A stretch of DNA of 64,000 nucleotides, taken from assembly GCA_965262715.1 (NCBI GenBank), contig OZ253553.1, positions 416,001 to 480,000 on the forward strand. The letters are read 5' to 3'. The position numbers and the translations under genes are program-made. Shown in pieces: positions 10,326 through 21,112 of the stretch (position 1 is its first letter; every line of letters begins with the position of its first letter). The notes beneath the pieces were generated by a model. That model did not search any database, was not told the origin of the DNA, and saw only the letters and a program-made list of their open reading frames with translations. This stretch comes from Bdellovibrionales bacterium (lineage in GTDB: Bacteria; Bdellovibrionota; Bdellovibrionia; Bdellovibrionales; JAUICD01).

Positions 10326-10879
10326 TTACCTTAAAGCTTCTTCAAAAACGATATAATCACTTTCTTCTGCTGTTCTTATTAAAAAGCGGTTGGCTTCTTC
10401 TAAAGTATGGAGACGCCGTTTCATATCAAAAATAGAAAGCTTATCAAGCAAATAAATATTTTTTATAACAAATTCAGGTATCTTGTGATCTCTCCAAACA
10501 TATTTTACGTACTTTAAAGTCTCTCTTGTTGAACCATTTTCAATGGAAGTGAAATCTAATAACTTATCTCTTGGTATTGTATTTATCTTATTCAATAATG
10601 CTTTTATAATTTTTATATTATGAAGCCTTGTTTTCCAAGATTCTATAAGATAAGCAACAAACTCTTTATCCTGTCTTGTGAGGTTTTTAATCTTAGTCTT
10701 TGTAGCTGTTGAGTTGGTTCTAGCATTTGTAATGAATTTTGGTAAATGGGGTTTTGTCTCCAAGGGGGTCTTCTTAGGGTTCTTTCAGCTTGTGATGTTT
10801 TAGGAATTAAAGAAAGTATAAATAGAATCAAAATAAAGTATTCTTTATCTCTATGAACATTCAAGCAGTAAGTATCCAA
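10326..10879 (-). pseudogene. Frameshifted short paralog (signal peptide plus C-terminal domain only)
   Basis: ORF 10643..10879 has a signal-like stretch; ORF 10326..10763 has LDFTSIEN...KIPEFVI...LDKLS..MKRRLHTLE, matching the C-terminus of 8763..10154. Confidence 0.6.
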
Positions 10880-11080
10880 TTTATTCTATTTCCCTTGTAG
10901 ATATCGATTCTATAAATAAAATGGAAAATAATTAAAAAGAATGTTTTTGTCAAATAACATTAAAAATATTTAGCAAGATAGACTCAATTATTCATAGTAT
11001 AGTTGACATAAATGAGTATTTTATGACTTATTGAGTCTGACATATTATATGTTTTAAAGTTGATCAAACTTAAAAAGCTG

Positions 11081-13690
11081 TTATCTGTCTGAAATTCTTT
11101 GCTGAGCGATGAGTTGGTTGATTTCGATTCTAACCTGATCTGTTGTTTGTATTTTTGGGATCATATTAGAAATATTATTAAGGAGTTCTTGATTGATGGC
11201 ATCTTGTCTGAGTGCAAATCTCAACATATTCAATTCTATTGGATCGAGAGGCCCGGACCAAATGATGGTATTCAGTTTAATACTGTCTATAATGCCAGAA
11301 AGACCCTTGACGTCCATCTTGTTATCACAACGTGAATATATCAGTTCAAGCTTCTGTGGGGTGTTAGAGATTGTAGGTATATAATATTGAGAATTAGGAC
11401 TGGAGTTATTTGTGATAGTATGAGCTGCTGCTGCACAAGCTTCAGTAATATATGGATTGTTTGTTATTAATTGAAAAATATTCGTCATTCTAGAAGGGTC
11501 ATCATAATATTTAATAAAGGATATAGCAGCTCTAATGACACTCTTCTGATCAGCCTTTTCATGATTTATTGTTGTTGAGAGAAATTGATCAAAATCTTCA
11601 TCTTCAAAGTTTTCACTGTATTGAATAAGGCTATAAGTTATAAGACTAAAAGTTTGAGAGTTAGTCTGAGGACTTTCTATGATAGATTGTAACATCTCTT
11701 TAAAATCTGAATTTTGAGCATAGTTTTCTATAAGAACCTCTGCCATCTTGCCAAGGTGTTCGCCATTAAGTTTACGATCATTTATGAGAGGATTTGATAT
11801 TTCTCTAGCATTGGAGATATTGTTATAGTCTTCTATTATATTAAGAAAGGTGTATTTAATAACAGTGCCATTACATCTTTCATGATTAAGAATCTCACCT
11901 AAAAGTTCCTTAAAGTGAGGTAGTTTTTGACGATATCGAATAATATCATCGTTAACAATATTTATGAGATCTATTTCTGTGATTTTTTCACTATCTATGA
12001 GCATTCTTGTAAAAAGCTCAGGGTCAGAAAGTTTGTCAAGGTTATGAGAGATGGCCAGTGTAGGGAGCGGGGCATTTTCATGATTTATTACATATCTTAA
12101 AATATCTTCTGCATTAGAAATTTTATTAAAATTATCTGTAATAATATCATTAACAACAGAAAAAACAGAAGCATCAGCATTATTGTGGTGTATGGCTTTT
12201 GTTAATATTCCCTCAAGGTTTGGAATATCTTCATAATATTGCAAGATATCTTGAAGAGATTTTAAGGCTGTTGCCAGGAGTTCGCTTCGCATATTCCTAT
12301 CATCCAATATAGGCATAATGATTTGACTAAGGTTTTCTTTAGAAATGGCATGCTTGAGAAGCAAGTCATAATCTTGGTCTACAATCATGTTGTGAATAAT
12401 ATCTTCATCTGACATATCTAGCCTTTCAGCTAATCCTTTGTAAAACTCTGCATGTTTTGTCAGGCCACTTTCTTTTTTAATACAAGAGATAATTTGCCAA
12501 AACCTTTTATCTGAAGAGTCTAAGAAGGCTATTTGTCTAAGTCTTTTTAAAGTACTATGTTTATCTTCACAAGTCGCGCTATCTGAAAGTATATTATTTT
12601 CAGAGAAACAATAAGGAAATGCATTTTGCGCATCTCTAATGGTTGTTTCCTTGTCTTCTTCTAAGTGAAATTTATAGGTACTATCAAGGTTGAGATGAGA
12701 AGAAATGCATCTACTATGTTTATTTTTATCGTATTGATCGTTTTGACAAATTTCTTTTAACTTAAAGCCCACTTCTCCAATCTTATAAGCATTGAGTATG
12801 CCATGACCCATGCTATTTGAAGAGGGTAGGTTTGGAAAATGTATAGCTGTCTTTTTAAGAAGATGTTCTGCTTGTTTTGTGTTCAAAAGATGACTGGTTA
12901 TAACTGTAAAAGATGTTAAAGTTCCTTTTGTTAGAGGAGCTGCTCCGCTAGTTCCTCCAAAATTGAGTGGGATTCCTTCGAAGTTATAGCTTCTGATCAT
13001 GTTATCAGCCGGTGCTGAAACAGTTGTGTTTATCGAATAGTTAGAAAAATGTGATGGATTTCCAAGGGGATCAAGGCTTGCAACAACAATAAGGCGGTTA
13101 AATTTTTCTAAGCCTCCTTTGGACTTAGACAGATACTGAGCGTCATTACCTGCTGATGTGACAATGACTGTTCCTTGTCTTTTATTCATCACATAAAAAA
13201 TTTCTTTTGTAAGGTTTGTTGTATTGTTGCCTGGCAAGAGCATAAACCAGTGCAAAGAATTATTTATATAGCGAGGGCAGTTATTTTCTTTTTGACATTG
13301 TTTATAGAGATGTTCATAGCCATTGGTACCTGGAATTACTGTGACATCAATAGGTTGAGATTGTGGGATAACTGCTGATGGAAAAGGGCCAGCAATGATC
13401 TGACTCACAGGTTCCCCATGAAGATGGCTATAATCCCAGATTTGAACAAGATCATGAGTTATTTTTTCAATACCATCTATAGTTTCAAGTCTTTTTCTTA
13501 ATAGATCTGCCCCTATATATTCTTGTGCCCAAAAGGCATCAAGACCTGTTACTCTTTCTTCCTCTAAATGAATATCAGGAAGGACAGGTTCTATTGGTTT
13601 TGGGAAAACACAATCTTGATAAGTATGGGCTTGTAAACTGAAAGAGAATATCAATAAAGCGATACCTAAAGTTATCCTACTTAATAGCAT
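11081..13690 (-). CDS. Secreted S8 (subtilisin-like) serine peptidase with long helical-repeat C-terminal region
   Basis: Signal peptide, HGEPVS (His), SAGND oxyanion motif and GTSGAAP catalytic Ser motif. Confidence 0.85.
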   Translation of the reverse strand: MLLSRITLGIALLIFSFSLQAHTYQDCVFPKPIEPVLPDIHLEEERVTGLDAFWAQEYIGADLLRKRLETIDGIEKITHDLVQIWDYSHLHGEPVSQIIAGPFPSAVIPQSQPIDVTVIPGTNGYEHLYKQCQKENNCPRYINNSLHWFMLLPGNNTTNLTKEIFYVMNKRQGTVIVTSAGNDAQYLSKSKGGLEKFNRLIVVASLDPLGNPSHFSNYSINTTVSAPADNMIRSYNFEGIPLNFGGTSGAAPLTKGTLTSFTVITSHLLNTKQAEHLLKKTAIHFPNLPSSNSMGHGILNAYKIGEVGFKLKEICQNDQYDKNKHSRCISSHLNLDSTYKFHLEEDKETTIRDAQNAFPYCFSENNILSDSATCEDKHSTLKRLRQIAFLDSSDKRFWQIISCIKKESGLTKHAEFYKGLAERLDMSDEDIIHNMIVDQDYDLLLKHAISKENLSQIIMPILDDRNMRSELLATALKSLQDILQYYEDIPNLEGILTKAIHHNNADASVFSVVNDIITDNFNKISNAEDILRYVINHENAPLPTLAISHNLDKLSDPELFTRMLIDSEKITEIDLINIVNDDIIRYRQKLPHFKELLGEILNHERCNGTVIKYTFLNIIEDYNNISNAREISNPLINDRKLNGEHLGKMAEVLIENYAQNSDFKEMLQSIIESPQTNSQTFSLITYSLIQYSENFEDEDFDQFLSTTINHEKADQKSVIRAAISFIKYYDDPSRMTNIFQLITNNPYITEACAAAAHTITNNSSPNSQYYIPTISNTPQKLELIYSRCDNKMDVKGLSGIIDSIKLNTIIWSGPLDPIELNMLRFALRQDAINQELLNNISNMIPKIQTTDQVRIEINQLIAQQRISDR

Positions 13691-15166
13691 GGTGTTTCCA
13701 ATCTCTTTGGATGATATCTTATGAAAATATTATGTTCTTTTCTGTTTAGGCGCAAGCAAAAGTAGGACAATAAGCTATAGAGTTGATAAGGGTTTGTTTT
13801 TTAAGGGTTAGGAGAAGTTAAAAAGATAGTATTGCACTTTATCTTATGTAATAATTACGAGGAGGTTGTACTTAGAGCTTTTTTTCTTATCTGCTCTTTA
13901 ATCTTGCCCCGGAATGATTTTATAGATTGTTGGAGTCCTTAAGCAGTGAAAGAGAATTTTATTGTAAAGTTAGCAAAATATTATAAGTGCTGGCTTTGCC
14001 TTTTATTTATAATCATTCATGGGACTAGTTATTTTGCTTTTAGTTGGGAGATATTAAAAGACCAGGAAGCTTTTGCTAACAGGTTAGGACAATTTAAATA
14101 TGTCTCTATAGTTTTTGCCAGTCAAAATTTGAAAATTCCTATTTCTTTTTTTGGACATACCCTTTTAATTTTTCATAATGAGACAACTCCTGAACCTAAT
14201 AGCATTGTCTTTGAGTATCTCGGTGATAGAGAAGTTTCACATTATGTTATTAAAGGATTGTTTTGGAGTATACCAGGAAGATTCCATCTTCTTCCATGGA
14301 GCCAAAAACGTTGGATATATGAACAAGAAGACAGGGATATTTGGGCTGTTCGTTTAAATTTTAAAAAGCATGAAAGAGAAAAACTTGAAGCCAAAATCAA
14401 AACTTCTTTATCTGAAGAAGAGTCTTATAATTTTTTCTTTTATAACTGCTCTTGGTATATTTTTGAGATTGTAAAAAAGAGTATGGATGATATGGAGTGC
14501 TTTGTTAAGCCTTATGTTCCCCCAATAGAAACTCTTAATGCTCTGTATAAGTGTCAAAAAACAGGTGAATCTGTTTATATCCCAGCTCATGCGACTCGTT
14601 TGAAAGAGGCCTTTAAAAATCTAAATCGAAAGGAGAAAACTATTTTAAAGAAATTAAATTTGCAAGAAGACATTCATCATGAAAATGTGTCCCCCGAATT
14701 GAAAACGGCCATTACAGAATGGATTGATTATAAAATTCCAAGAACAGATAGAGAAGACCATCGAGATAAGCTTTTCAAACTTAAAGAAACATATCATCAT
14801 CCTATCCAAATAAAAAATAAAAAATTAGAAGAATTAAGCAGACCTAGAAGTGGTCGTGTGACTTTATCCTATTTAACAAAATGGCGATCAACAACACTAA
14901 CCGTCTCACCAGCTCAAGTGAGATTTTTAAATGCGTTAGATGATCCTTTTTGGGCAGATCGATTTGAATTTCTGACTATAGGTTTGACATTTATCCCTAA
15001 AAAGCTTTTTCTTTCTAAATTCAACATTATAGATATAAATACGAATACTTCGGGGCATGTGCTTAAATTTCCTTTCGTGAGAGATATTTATGCAGGTTAT
15101 CAAAAATATGCTATTGATTCAGAGCAATATTGGAGTGAGCTTTTAGCTCGGGTAGGTACTGGCCTT

Positions 15167-16573
15167 GAGGATGTCCCACGTTTCGGTGAAATTGAAGTTA
15201 AGCAGAGCTTGATGTTTTGCTACGCCTGTTTCTATTGTTAGTCAATAGGTTTAAATTTTCTTCCATTGTATTTAAATCTTTATACCCTTTAATAGCTCTA
15301 AACTTTTTTTCAGCTTCAACTAAAGAAGCAGCAGCCCATCTCATAACCTGATCTGGAGAACTTCTCCAGTTCTTAACCCTGCTGACTTTATCTCTTACAA
15401 TAGAAAAAGCAGACTCAATAGGATTTGTAGAAGATAAGGTTCTCCTTAGCAGTGGAGATACCTTCAACTTGATAACTGTCAGTGTCTCCTCCTTTGCTTC
15501 CTTAAGTGAAGCCAATGCTGCATAATTAATCCTGCTTAACCAACTCAGTAACTTATTGTATTCTCTCTGAGAAGAATCATAATCATTAAAACCATGCACC
15601 ATCTTCCAGCGACGCTTAAACTCTAAATGACGTTCCTGAGGTAAATAACTTAAAACATTCCTCTCCTTGTGGTGAATACAGCGTTGAACTACTGCTCTCT
15701 TACCAAAAACTCTATTAATAGCTGTCCTTAAAGATCTGCTACCATCAATTACAAAAAGGTAAGGCTTATCTGAACAAAGACCTCTTGCTATTAAACTCTC
15801 TAATAAGTCCTTGCAAACTTCCCAGTTCTCTGTATGACCCTCTCTAAGACCCAGAACTAACTTCTTACCTTCAACTGTGATGCCAAGAGCTACAACCACT
15901 GTCCTTGATCCAAAAACAACACCATCAATCATAATTGATGAAAACTTATCCTTACTCAGATCACGACCATTTAAAGATTCAAGAAACTTCCTAGATGACT
16001 TATTAAAGACTCTGCTCACTGTACTCTTAGAAAGACCCGTCCCTCCTACAATATCATCAAGAAGTTCATTGTAATTACGACAAGATACCCCTCTCATAGC
16101 ATGACTCAAAACTTTATCACAAAGTATGTCATACTTTTGAAGCACTGAATAAGACCGCAGCTTAATATCAGAACCTCCCTTCTCCTTCACCCTAGGCTTC
16201 CTCACCTGAAGCCTTTGACCTTGTGCAAGAACACTCCCAGAATCACTACCCGCTCTGTAATATCTTGTATCACGACCACGAACATGACGCTTACCACACA
16301 GTGATAATAACTCATCCTCAAAGAAATCATGGATCATATTAATAACCATTGATCTCATGCGATGCTCTAGGATCTCTCGAATCTCATTTGACTCAGATGA
16401 TAAAACTTGAATTGAATAACCATTCTTACTACTCTTCATAATAGCTCCTTTCTGTTATCTATTTCCTGATAAAATAAAAACAGTAAACAACGGCTAGACC
16501 ACTTAGGATAGCCGGGAGCTCTACTTTCTTCTAATTTCTATAAGAAAATTTCACCGATCTATGGGACAACCTC
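15167..16573 (-). mobile_element. IS256-family insertion sequence
   Basis: Inverted ends GAGGATGTCCCACGTTTCGGTGAAATT and GAGGTTGTCCCATAGATCGGTGAAATT; ctggcctt occurs on both flanks. Confidence 0.93.
15198..16439 (-). CDS. IS256-family transposase
   Basis: Motifs IDG, VIDG, QRCIHHKERN and STNPIES. Confidence 0.95.
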   Translation of the reverse strand: MKSSKNGYSIQVLSSESNEIREILEHRMRSMVINMIHDFFEDELLSLCGKRHVRGRDTRYYRAGSDSGSVLAQGQRLQVRKPRVKEKGGSDIKLRSYSVLQKYDILCDKVLSHAMRGVSCRNYNELLDDIVGGTGLSKSTVSRVFNKSSRKFLESLNGRDLSKDKFSSIMIDGVVFGSRTVVVALGITVEGKKLVLGLREGHTENWEVCKDLLESLIARGLCSDKPYLFVIDGSRSLRTAINRVFGKRAVVQRCIHHKERNVLSYLPQERHLEFKRRWKMVHGFNDYDSSQREYNKLLSWLSRINYAALASLKEAKEETLTVIKLKVSPLLRRTLSSTNPIESAFSIVRDKVSRVKNWRSSPDQVMRWAAASLVEAEKKFRAIKGYKDLNTMEENLNLLTNNRNRRSKTSSSA

Positions 16574-16932
16574 ACTGGCTGGCCTTGTTTAGGATTTTCA
16601 TGACCACTGGAAACTCTCTATTTTAGCGTTTTTAGAGGCTGGTAGAAGTGCAGATAGGCAAAGAAGTTATTTTTTAGCTCGATTTGGTTTAGGGGCAGTG
16701 ATGAGTGTAAGGTTGTTGAGTTGGTTGCGTTCAAAAATAGAAGTTCGTCAGATGATAGGATATAATTCTTTAATTGGCCAAGTAGGTAAAGGGCAACTAG
16801 TTTTTCTAGATAAAAGACCTTTTGTAGGTGCATTGGAGTATCTTTTTTTCTCCACAGTTAAAGATCGAAAGTTTCATCATTCTTTAGGTCTATCTTTAAG
16901 TTATTTATTTTAAGTTCATAGTATGTGAAAAC

Positions 16933-18426
16933 TTAGTCTTTTGGACCTCTTGGGCGTTCACCAAACAATTGATTGAATTTCCCATCTACAAATTGATAGA
17001 GTTTTGCAATCCTATTTGAATTATCTTTTGCCTTTTCAATCCAAACAAGAGTTCTTTTATAAAAAGATTTTGTGCATTCCACATCTGAAAAAGCAGGAGA
17101 CCATGTTCCACTATTTAAATGTTCAATATCTTCAAAGTTTTTGTGCATCCACACATGAGTGTGTCCATATACAATGCGTTTGATCCTAGTGATTTGTGAG
17201 GCTGTTTGGAAAATTCTTAACTTGGGAGACCTGTAATTTACAACTTGTGACTGAAAAGCGTGAGAGTAAAAAATAAAAAATGGTATCAATAAAGCTAGTG
17301 GAATAAACATCCAAAAAAGTGAAATGCCAAAGAAGATATTAATACTGACAAATATCAAATAAGTATTAAAAAACATAATTAAAACAATGAAGGCTTTATC
17401 GATCCACAGCTCTCTGGCAATCAGTAAGGGATTAAAGGCCGCAGGATGAACAGCTAATTCCTTCATTTCTCTGACCATGCGAGGTGTGGCATTTGCATTT
17501 TTAGCAATTGACTCAATGCGTCCTTCAATAGTTAATGGGTCTTTCATGGCAGGAAGTAGTGTGTAAACAAAGGAATCTATAACAGTCATTACAGAGCTTA
17601 CAAACCATGTCACCAATAAGAGCGGCTGTGCTTTTGCCATGTACTTGAAAAAAAATCGTACATATTCCTTAACTGTCATGATGAAATTAGATTCTGCATG
17701 AGGGTTAAAGAACCCCATTTGATTTGTGAGATAGCGGCAAGCCAGGTTACCAAAAGGGATGCGAATTTCCATTCCATGAAGCCTTTGAACCATGGGCGAA
17801 ATAGGGTTTTGACAAAGGCAGTAAGGGTCATATTGGTTACCATGCTCAATGAGGGTGTCTTTGTTACTAATATAAAACCAAGAACAAAATCGAATACGCT
17901 CTTGATCTTCCTTTGATATATTTAAGCTTTCTAGGATGTTGTTTTGTACGATTTGATAATGCATCTCTAGATCATGATTTCCAATAATAAAAATAACTCG
18001 ATGACCGTTGAGTATAAAACTTCTTAGAGCTTCTACCCATTCTTGATGGTCTTCAAGTATCTTACGTATTTTATAAGCAGATTTTAATTCTTGAGGGAAC
18101 ATACCACATTTTCTTTCTATCCAAGAAATTTTATAAGGAGGGTTTTCTGGAATAGCCATACAGGAATCAAAGTCAAAAATATCTCCGTTGAGAATGAGTT
18201 CTATCTTTTTGTCTTCTGCCTTCTTTTCTATATGTTCTAAAAAGCTTTTGAACTCTTTATCAAAGAAAAACTCTCTAGTTTTGAATTTTTTCCAAAGGGG
18301 ATATTTAGGATTTGGTTTTTCTGCTTCACATAAGTGCAGATCAGAAATCACAACTGTACAAGAAGCGTTAGTGAAATCTTCAGGTTCCATTGTAGGTTGT
18401 AGGGAAGGTGTTATATTTTCAGCCAT
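16933..18426 (-). CDS. Calcineurin-like metallophosphoesterase with C-terminal transmembrane segments
   Basis: Motifs SDLH, NGDIFD, GNHD, EHG and GHTH. Confidence 0.85.
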   Translation of the reverse strand: MAENITPSLQPTMEPEDFTNASCTVVISDLHLCEAEKPNPKYPLWKKFKTREFFFDKEFKSFLEHIEKKAEDKKIELILNGDIFDFDSCMAIPENPPYKISWIERKCGMFPQELKSAYKIRKILEDHQEWVEALRSFILNGHRVIFIIGNHDLEMHYQIVQNNILESLNISKEDQERIRFCSWFYISNKDTLIEHGNQYDPYCLCQNPISPMVQRLHGMEIRIPFGNLACRYLTNQMGFFNPHAESNFIMTVKEYVRFFFKYMAKAQPLLLVTWFVSSVMTVIDSFVYTLLPAMKDPLTIEGRIESIAKNANATPRMVREMKELAVHPAAFNPLLIARELWIDKAFIVLIMFFNTYLIFVSINIFFGISLFWMFIPLALLIPFFIFYSHAFQSQVVNYRSPKLRIFQTASQITRIKRIVYGHTHVWMHKNFEDIEHLNSGTWSPAFSDVECTKSFYKRTLVWIEKAKDNSNRIAKLYQFVDGKFNQLFGERPRGPKD

Positions 18427-18585
18427 TGTTTTTTATATAATGAGTTTTCTAATGGAGGTTATTTTAAAAGTAAGCTTTTTTATTATGTCTATTATATAAT
18501 AGTTATCCTAACAAAGTCATTTACAATCTTTAAAGATTTTTTTGATGTCCTAAACCAAACTTTACCTTGTATGTTCTTGAATCAT

Positions 18586-18938
18586 TGCCAGAAAGTGACC
18601 AGAGGTCAGACTATTTTTAGGGATAAGGCCTGATTTCCTTAACATTTTGTAAAGAGAGGAGGAGAGTCTCCCTCCTAAAGATAGTCAGGCTTTCTAGGCA
18701 TTGCTCTATTTGCCAAACGGCGTGAGCCAGTTTGGGAGCAATGCCAGAAAGTGACCAGAGGTCAGACTATTTTTAGGGATAAGGCCTGATTTCCTTAACA
18801 TTTTGTAAAGAGAGGAGGAGAGTCTCCCTCCTAAAGATAGTCAGGCTTTCTAGGCATTGCTCTATTTGCCAAACGGCGTGAGCCAGTTTGGGAGCAATGC
18901 CAGAAAGTGACCAGAGGTCAGACTATTTTTAGGGATAA
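18586..18938 (+). repeat. Perfect 156-bp tandem repeat (~2.3 units) of the family 1 structured element
   Basis: tgccagaaagtgaccagaggtcagac at 18586, 18742 and 18898. Confidence 0.93.
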
Positions 18939-19498
18939 AGCCTCCAAATAACATCAGGATTTTTTTGTAAATAATTGATATAACGGGATAAAACGAATAA
19001 ATAGTCACTCATACGATTAAGATATATTAAAATAACAGGCTTAATATCTTCTTGGCAGCTCAAATCAACACAGACACATTCTGTTCTCCTACAGACCACA
19101 CGACAAATATGTGCTTGAGAGGCAGCCTTTGAGCCTCCGGGTATGATAAAATTTTTTAAGGGTGAAAGATTGTTTGTCATACTGTCAATTTGTTCTTCTA
19201 GGTGTTTTATCCATATTTCTTGCAAAGCGGGAAGTTCATTTAACAGTTTTTGACTGGTGCATGCCAAATGGCTGCCAATATGAAATAATTGAAATTGCAG
19301 GTTTTGTAAGAAGTCCAAGATACTTTGTCTTTTTGCTGATTGAGGGACGTCTTTGATATAAGCTGTTAAAAGCCCGATGTTTGAATTGAGTTCATCAACA
19401 TGACCGTAAGCTCTTATACGCAGTTCAGATTTTAAAATATGAGTAGCACCTAATAAGCTGGTTGTACCCTTATCACCTTTTTTTGTATAAACCTTCAT
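18929..19498 (-). CDS. pduO: ATP:cob(I)alamin adenosyltransferase (PduO/MMAB type)
   Basis: Motifs KVYTKKGDKGTT, AYGHVDELNS, CRRTE and YLNRMSDYLF. Confidence 0.92.
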   Translation of the reverse strand: MKVYTKKGDKGTTSLLGATHILKSELRIRAYGHVDELNSNIGLLTAYIKDVPQSAKRQSILDFLQNLQFQLFHIGSHLACTSQKLLNELPALQEIWIKHLEEQIDSMTNNLSPLKNFIIPGGSKAASQAHICRVVCRRTECVCVDLSCQEDIKPVILIYLNRMSDYLFVLSRYINYLQKNPDVIWRLYP

Positions 19499-19581
19499 AT
19501 TATATCCTTGCTGATTTCATTTGCTTTTATTAAAACCTTATTTATTGATATTGTATATACTTTAGATGGAAAATCCATTAA

Positions 19582-21018
19582 GTGGGAATAATGCTTTCAG
19601 TAAAAATAAAATTTCTAGCAAAACGTCTTTTTCTTTTTTTAGCTTCTATAAAGCTAGCGGTTATTATTATTATAGCACTTATAGCTCTTAGCACTTGGGG
19701 CACTATTGTAGAGTCTAATTATGATGCCAGAACAGCGCAAGAGATTGTCTTTTACTCACCTTTAATGTCTTTTATTTTGTTTTTACTAGTGATCAATTTG
19801 CTGTTTTCTATGATCAAAAAATTTCCTTGGCAAAAAAAACATCTACCATTTTTATTGGCGCATATAGGTATTTTAGTTGTAATTTTAGGGTCTTATGTCA
19901 CTCAAAAGTGGGGCATAGATGGTTCAATGGCTTTTCGCATAGGTCAAAAGCGTAACTGGATGTCCACTACAGAAACTTTTATTCATATCTACTTAGCTAA
20001 GAATGATCAGATTTTTCTTCCTCACAGAATCCTAAGCCAAAAAGTGCATTTTTTAAGAAATCCTCCAAAAAATTTAAAATTAAAAGTTCAAGATCATATT
20101 TTAGTGATTGATAAGTTTCATCCCTACACGCGTCCTGAGACACAAATAACAGCTTCTGATAAACCTTTTGCTAAACCTGCCATTCATTTTGTCATACAAA
20201 ATGCATTTGCATCCATCTCTGAATGGTTGACTTTGGAGGACAAACTGACAGCTTACAAAGATTTTGGCCCTTTGAGAGTTGTTTTAACTTCGCAAAAAGA
20301 AACTCCAAAAGAAGTTAAGGGCAATACTATTTTACTGTCGTCGCCTTCTTCACTCGAGTTAAAAGAAGATATCAATTATGTCTTGTTTTCTAAAGAGAAG
20401 TTGATTGAAGAAGGAGTGATGAGTGCTGGTGATGTTCTTGATACACCATGGATGCGGGGTCGAATGATATCAAAAGAGGGAAGTTCAACAAATGTAAAGA
20501 TGCGTCTTTTGAAACTACTCCCAAAGGCTTTGAGAGAAACAAAATACAATGTTCGAAAACGCCCTACTGATCTTACTATTCCTGCTATACATGTCCGTTT
20601 GCAAGATCAATCCTCTTGGATTGGTCTTAATTCTTTCAGCAGGCTTTCTGTAAACAATAAAACATATATTGTATCCTATGCAGAAAATAAACTGGGTATT
20701 GGTTTTGATATGCAATTAACACAATTTAAGGTTAAGCATTACCCAGGGAGTTTAAAGGCGGCATCTTATGAGAGTGAGGTGTTAGTAGATGGCCAGAAAC
20801 ACATTATTTCTATGAACAATCCTTTTAAAAAAAATGGCTTTACATTTTATCAGGCAAGTTTTCAGAAGGATGAAAATGGCGATCCTTTTATGTCTATTTT
20901 ATCTGTGAACCGTGATCAAGGAAGGTTCTTAAAGTACTTTGGATCATTTTTATTAGTTTTTGGCATCATTCTTTTATTTCAAAAACGCAATAAAAAAATA
21001 GCATTAACTTCTCGTTAA
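19582..21018 (+). CDS. resB: Cytochrome c biogenesis protein ResB/CcsB (system II)
   Basis: LASIKLAV, GTIVES, AHIG, ISMNNP...FYQAS and SVNRD motifs; three N-terminal TMs and one C-terminal TM. Confidence 0.85.
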   Translation: MGIMLSVKIKFLAKRLFLFLASIKLAVIIIIALIALSTWGTIVESNYDARTAQEIVFYSPLMSFILFLLVINLLFSMIKKFPWQKKHLPFLLAHIGILVVILGSYVTQKWGIDGSMAFRIGQKRNWMSTTETFIHIYLAKNDQIFLPHRILSQKVHFLRNPPKNLKLKVQDHILVIDKFHPYTRPETQITASDKPFAKPAIHFVIQNAFASISEWLTLEDKLTAYKDFGPLRVVLTSQKETPKEVKGNTILLSSPSSLELKEDINYVLFSKEKLIEEGVMSAGDVLDTPWMRGRMISKEGSSTNVKMRLLKLLPKALRETKYNVRKRPTDLTIPAIHVRLQDQSSWIGLNSFSRLSVNNKTYIVSYAENKLGIGFDMQLTQFKVKHYPGSLKAASYESEVLVDGQKHIISMNNPFKKNGFTFYQASFQKDENGDPFMSILSVNRDQGRFLKYFGSFLLVFGIILLFQKRNKKIALTSR

Positions 21019-21083
21019 GTTTTGTTTTATAGTTAAATATTTATGAAATAAGCCTGTTTGCCTTTGTTTTTCAGTGATTTTAC

Positions 21084-21112
21084 TTGACTTTCATTAAAAA
21101 GCTTATTATGTT
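21084..21112 (+). promoter_or_regulatory. Sigma70-like promoter conserved upstream of the zincin-like paralogs (also near 26409, 28222 and 29340)
   Basis: TTGACT-N17-TATGTT here and at 29340; TTGACT-N17-CATACT at 28222. Confidence 0.55.

Larger units (their letters stand above)
13946..16913 (+). pseudogene. DUF4105 (Lnb N-terminal-like) outer-membrane protein interrupted by IS256
   Basis: SFFGHTLL and YNFFFYNCS motifs. After the IS, translation resumes as GLV*DFHDHWKLSILAFLE..., ending in the beta-barrel-like LGLSLSYLF, with a TAG at 16590. Confidence 0.8.

Noticed and set aside
18586..18938. Possible CRISPR array
   Set aside because: Units are fully identical 156-mers with no unique spacers, and no cas genes are present.
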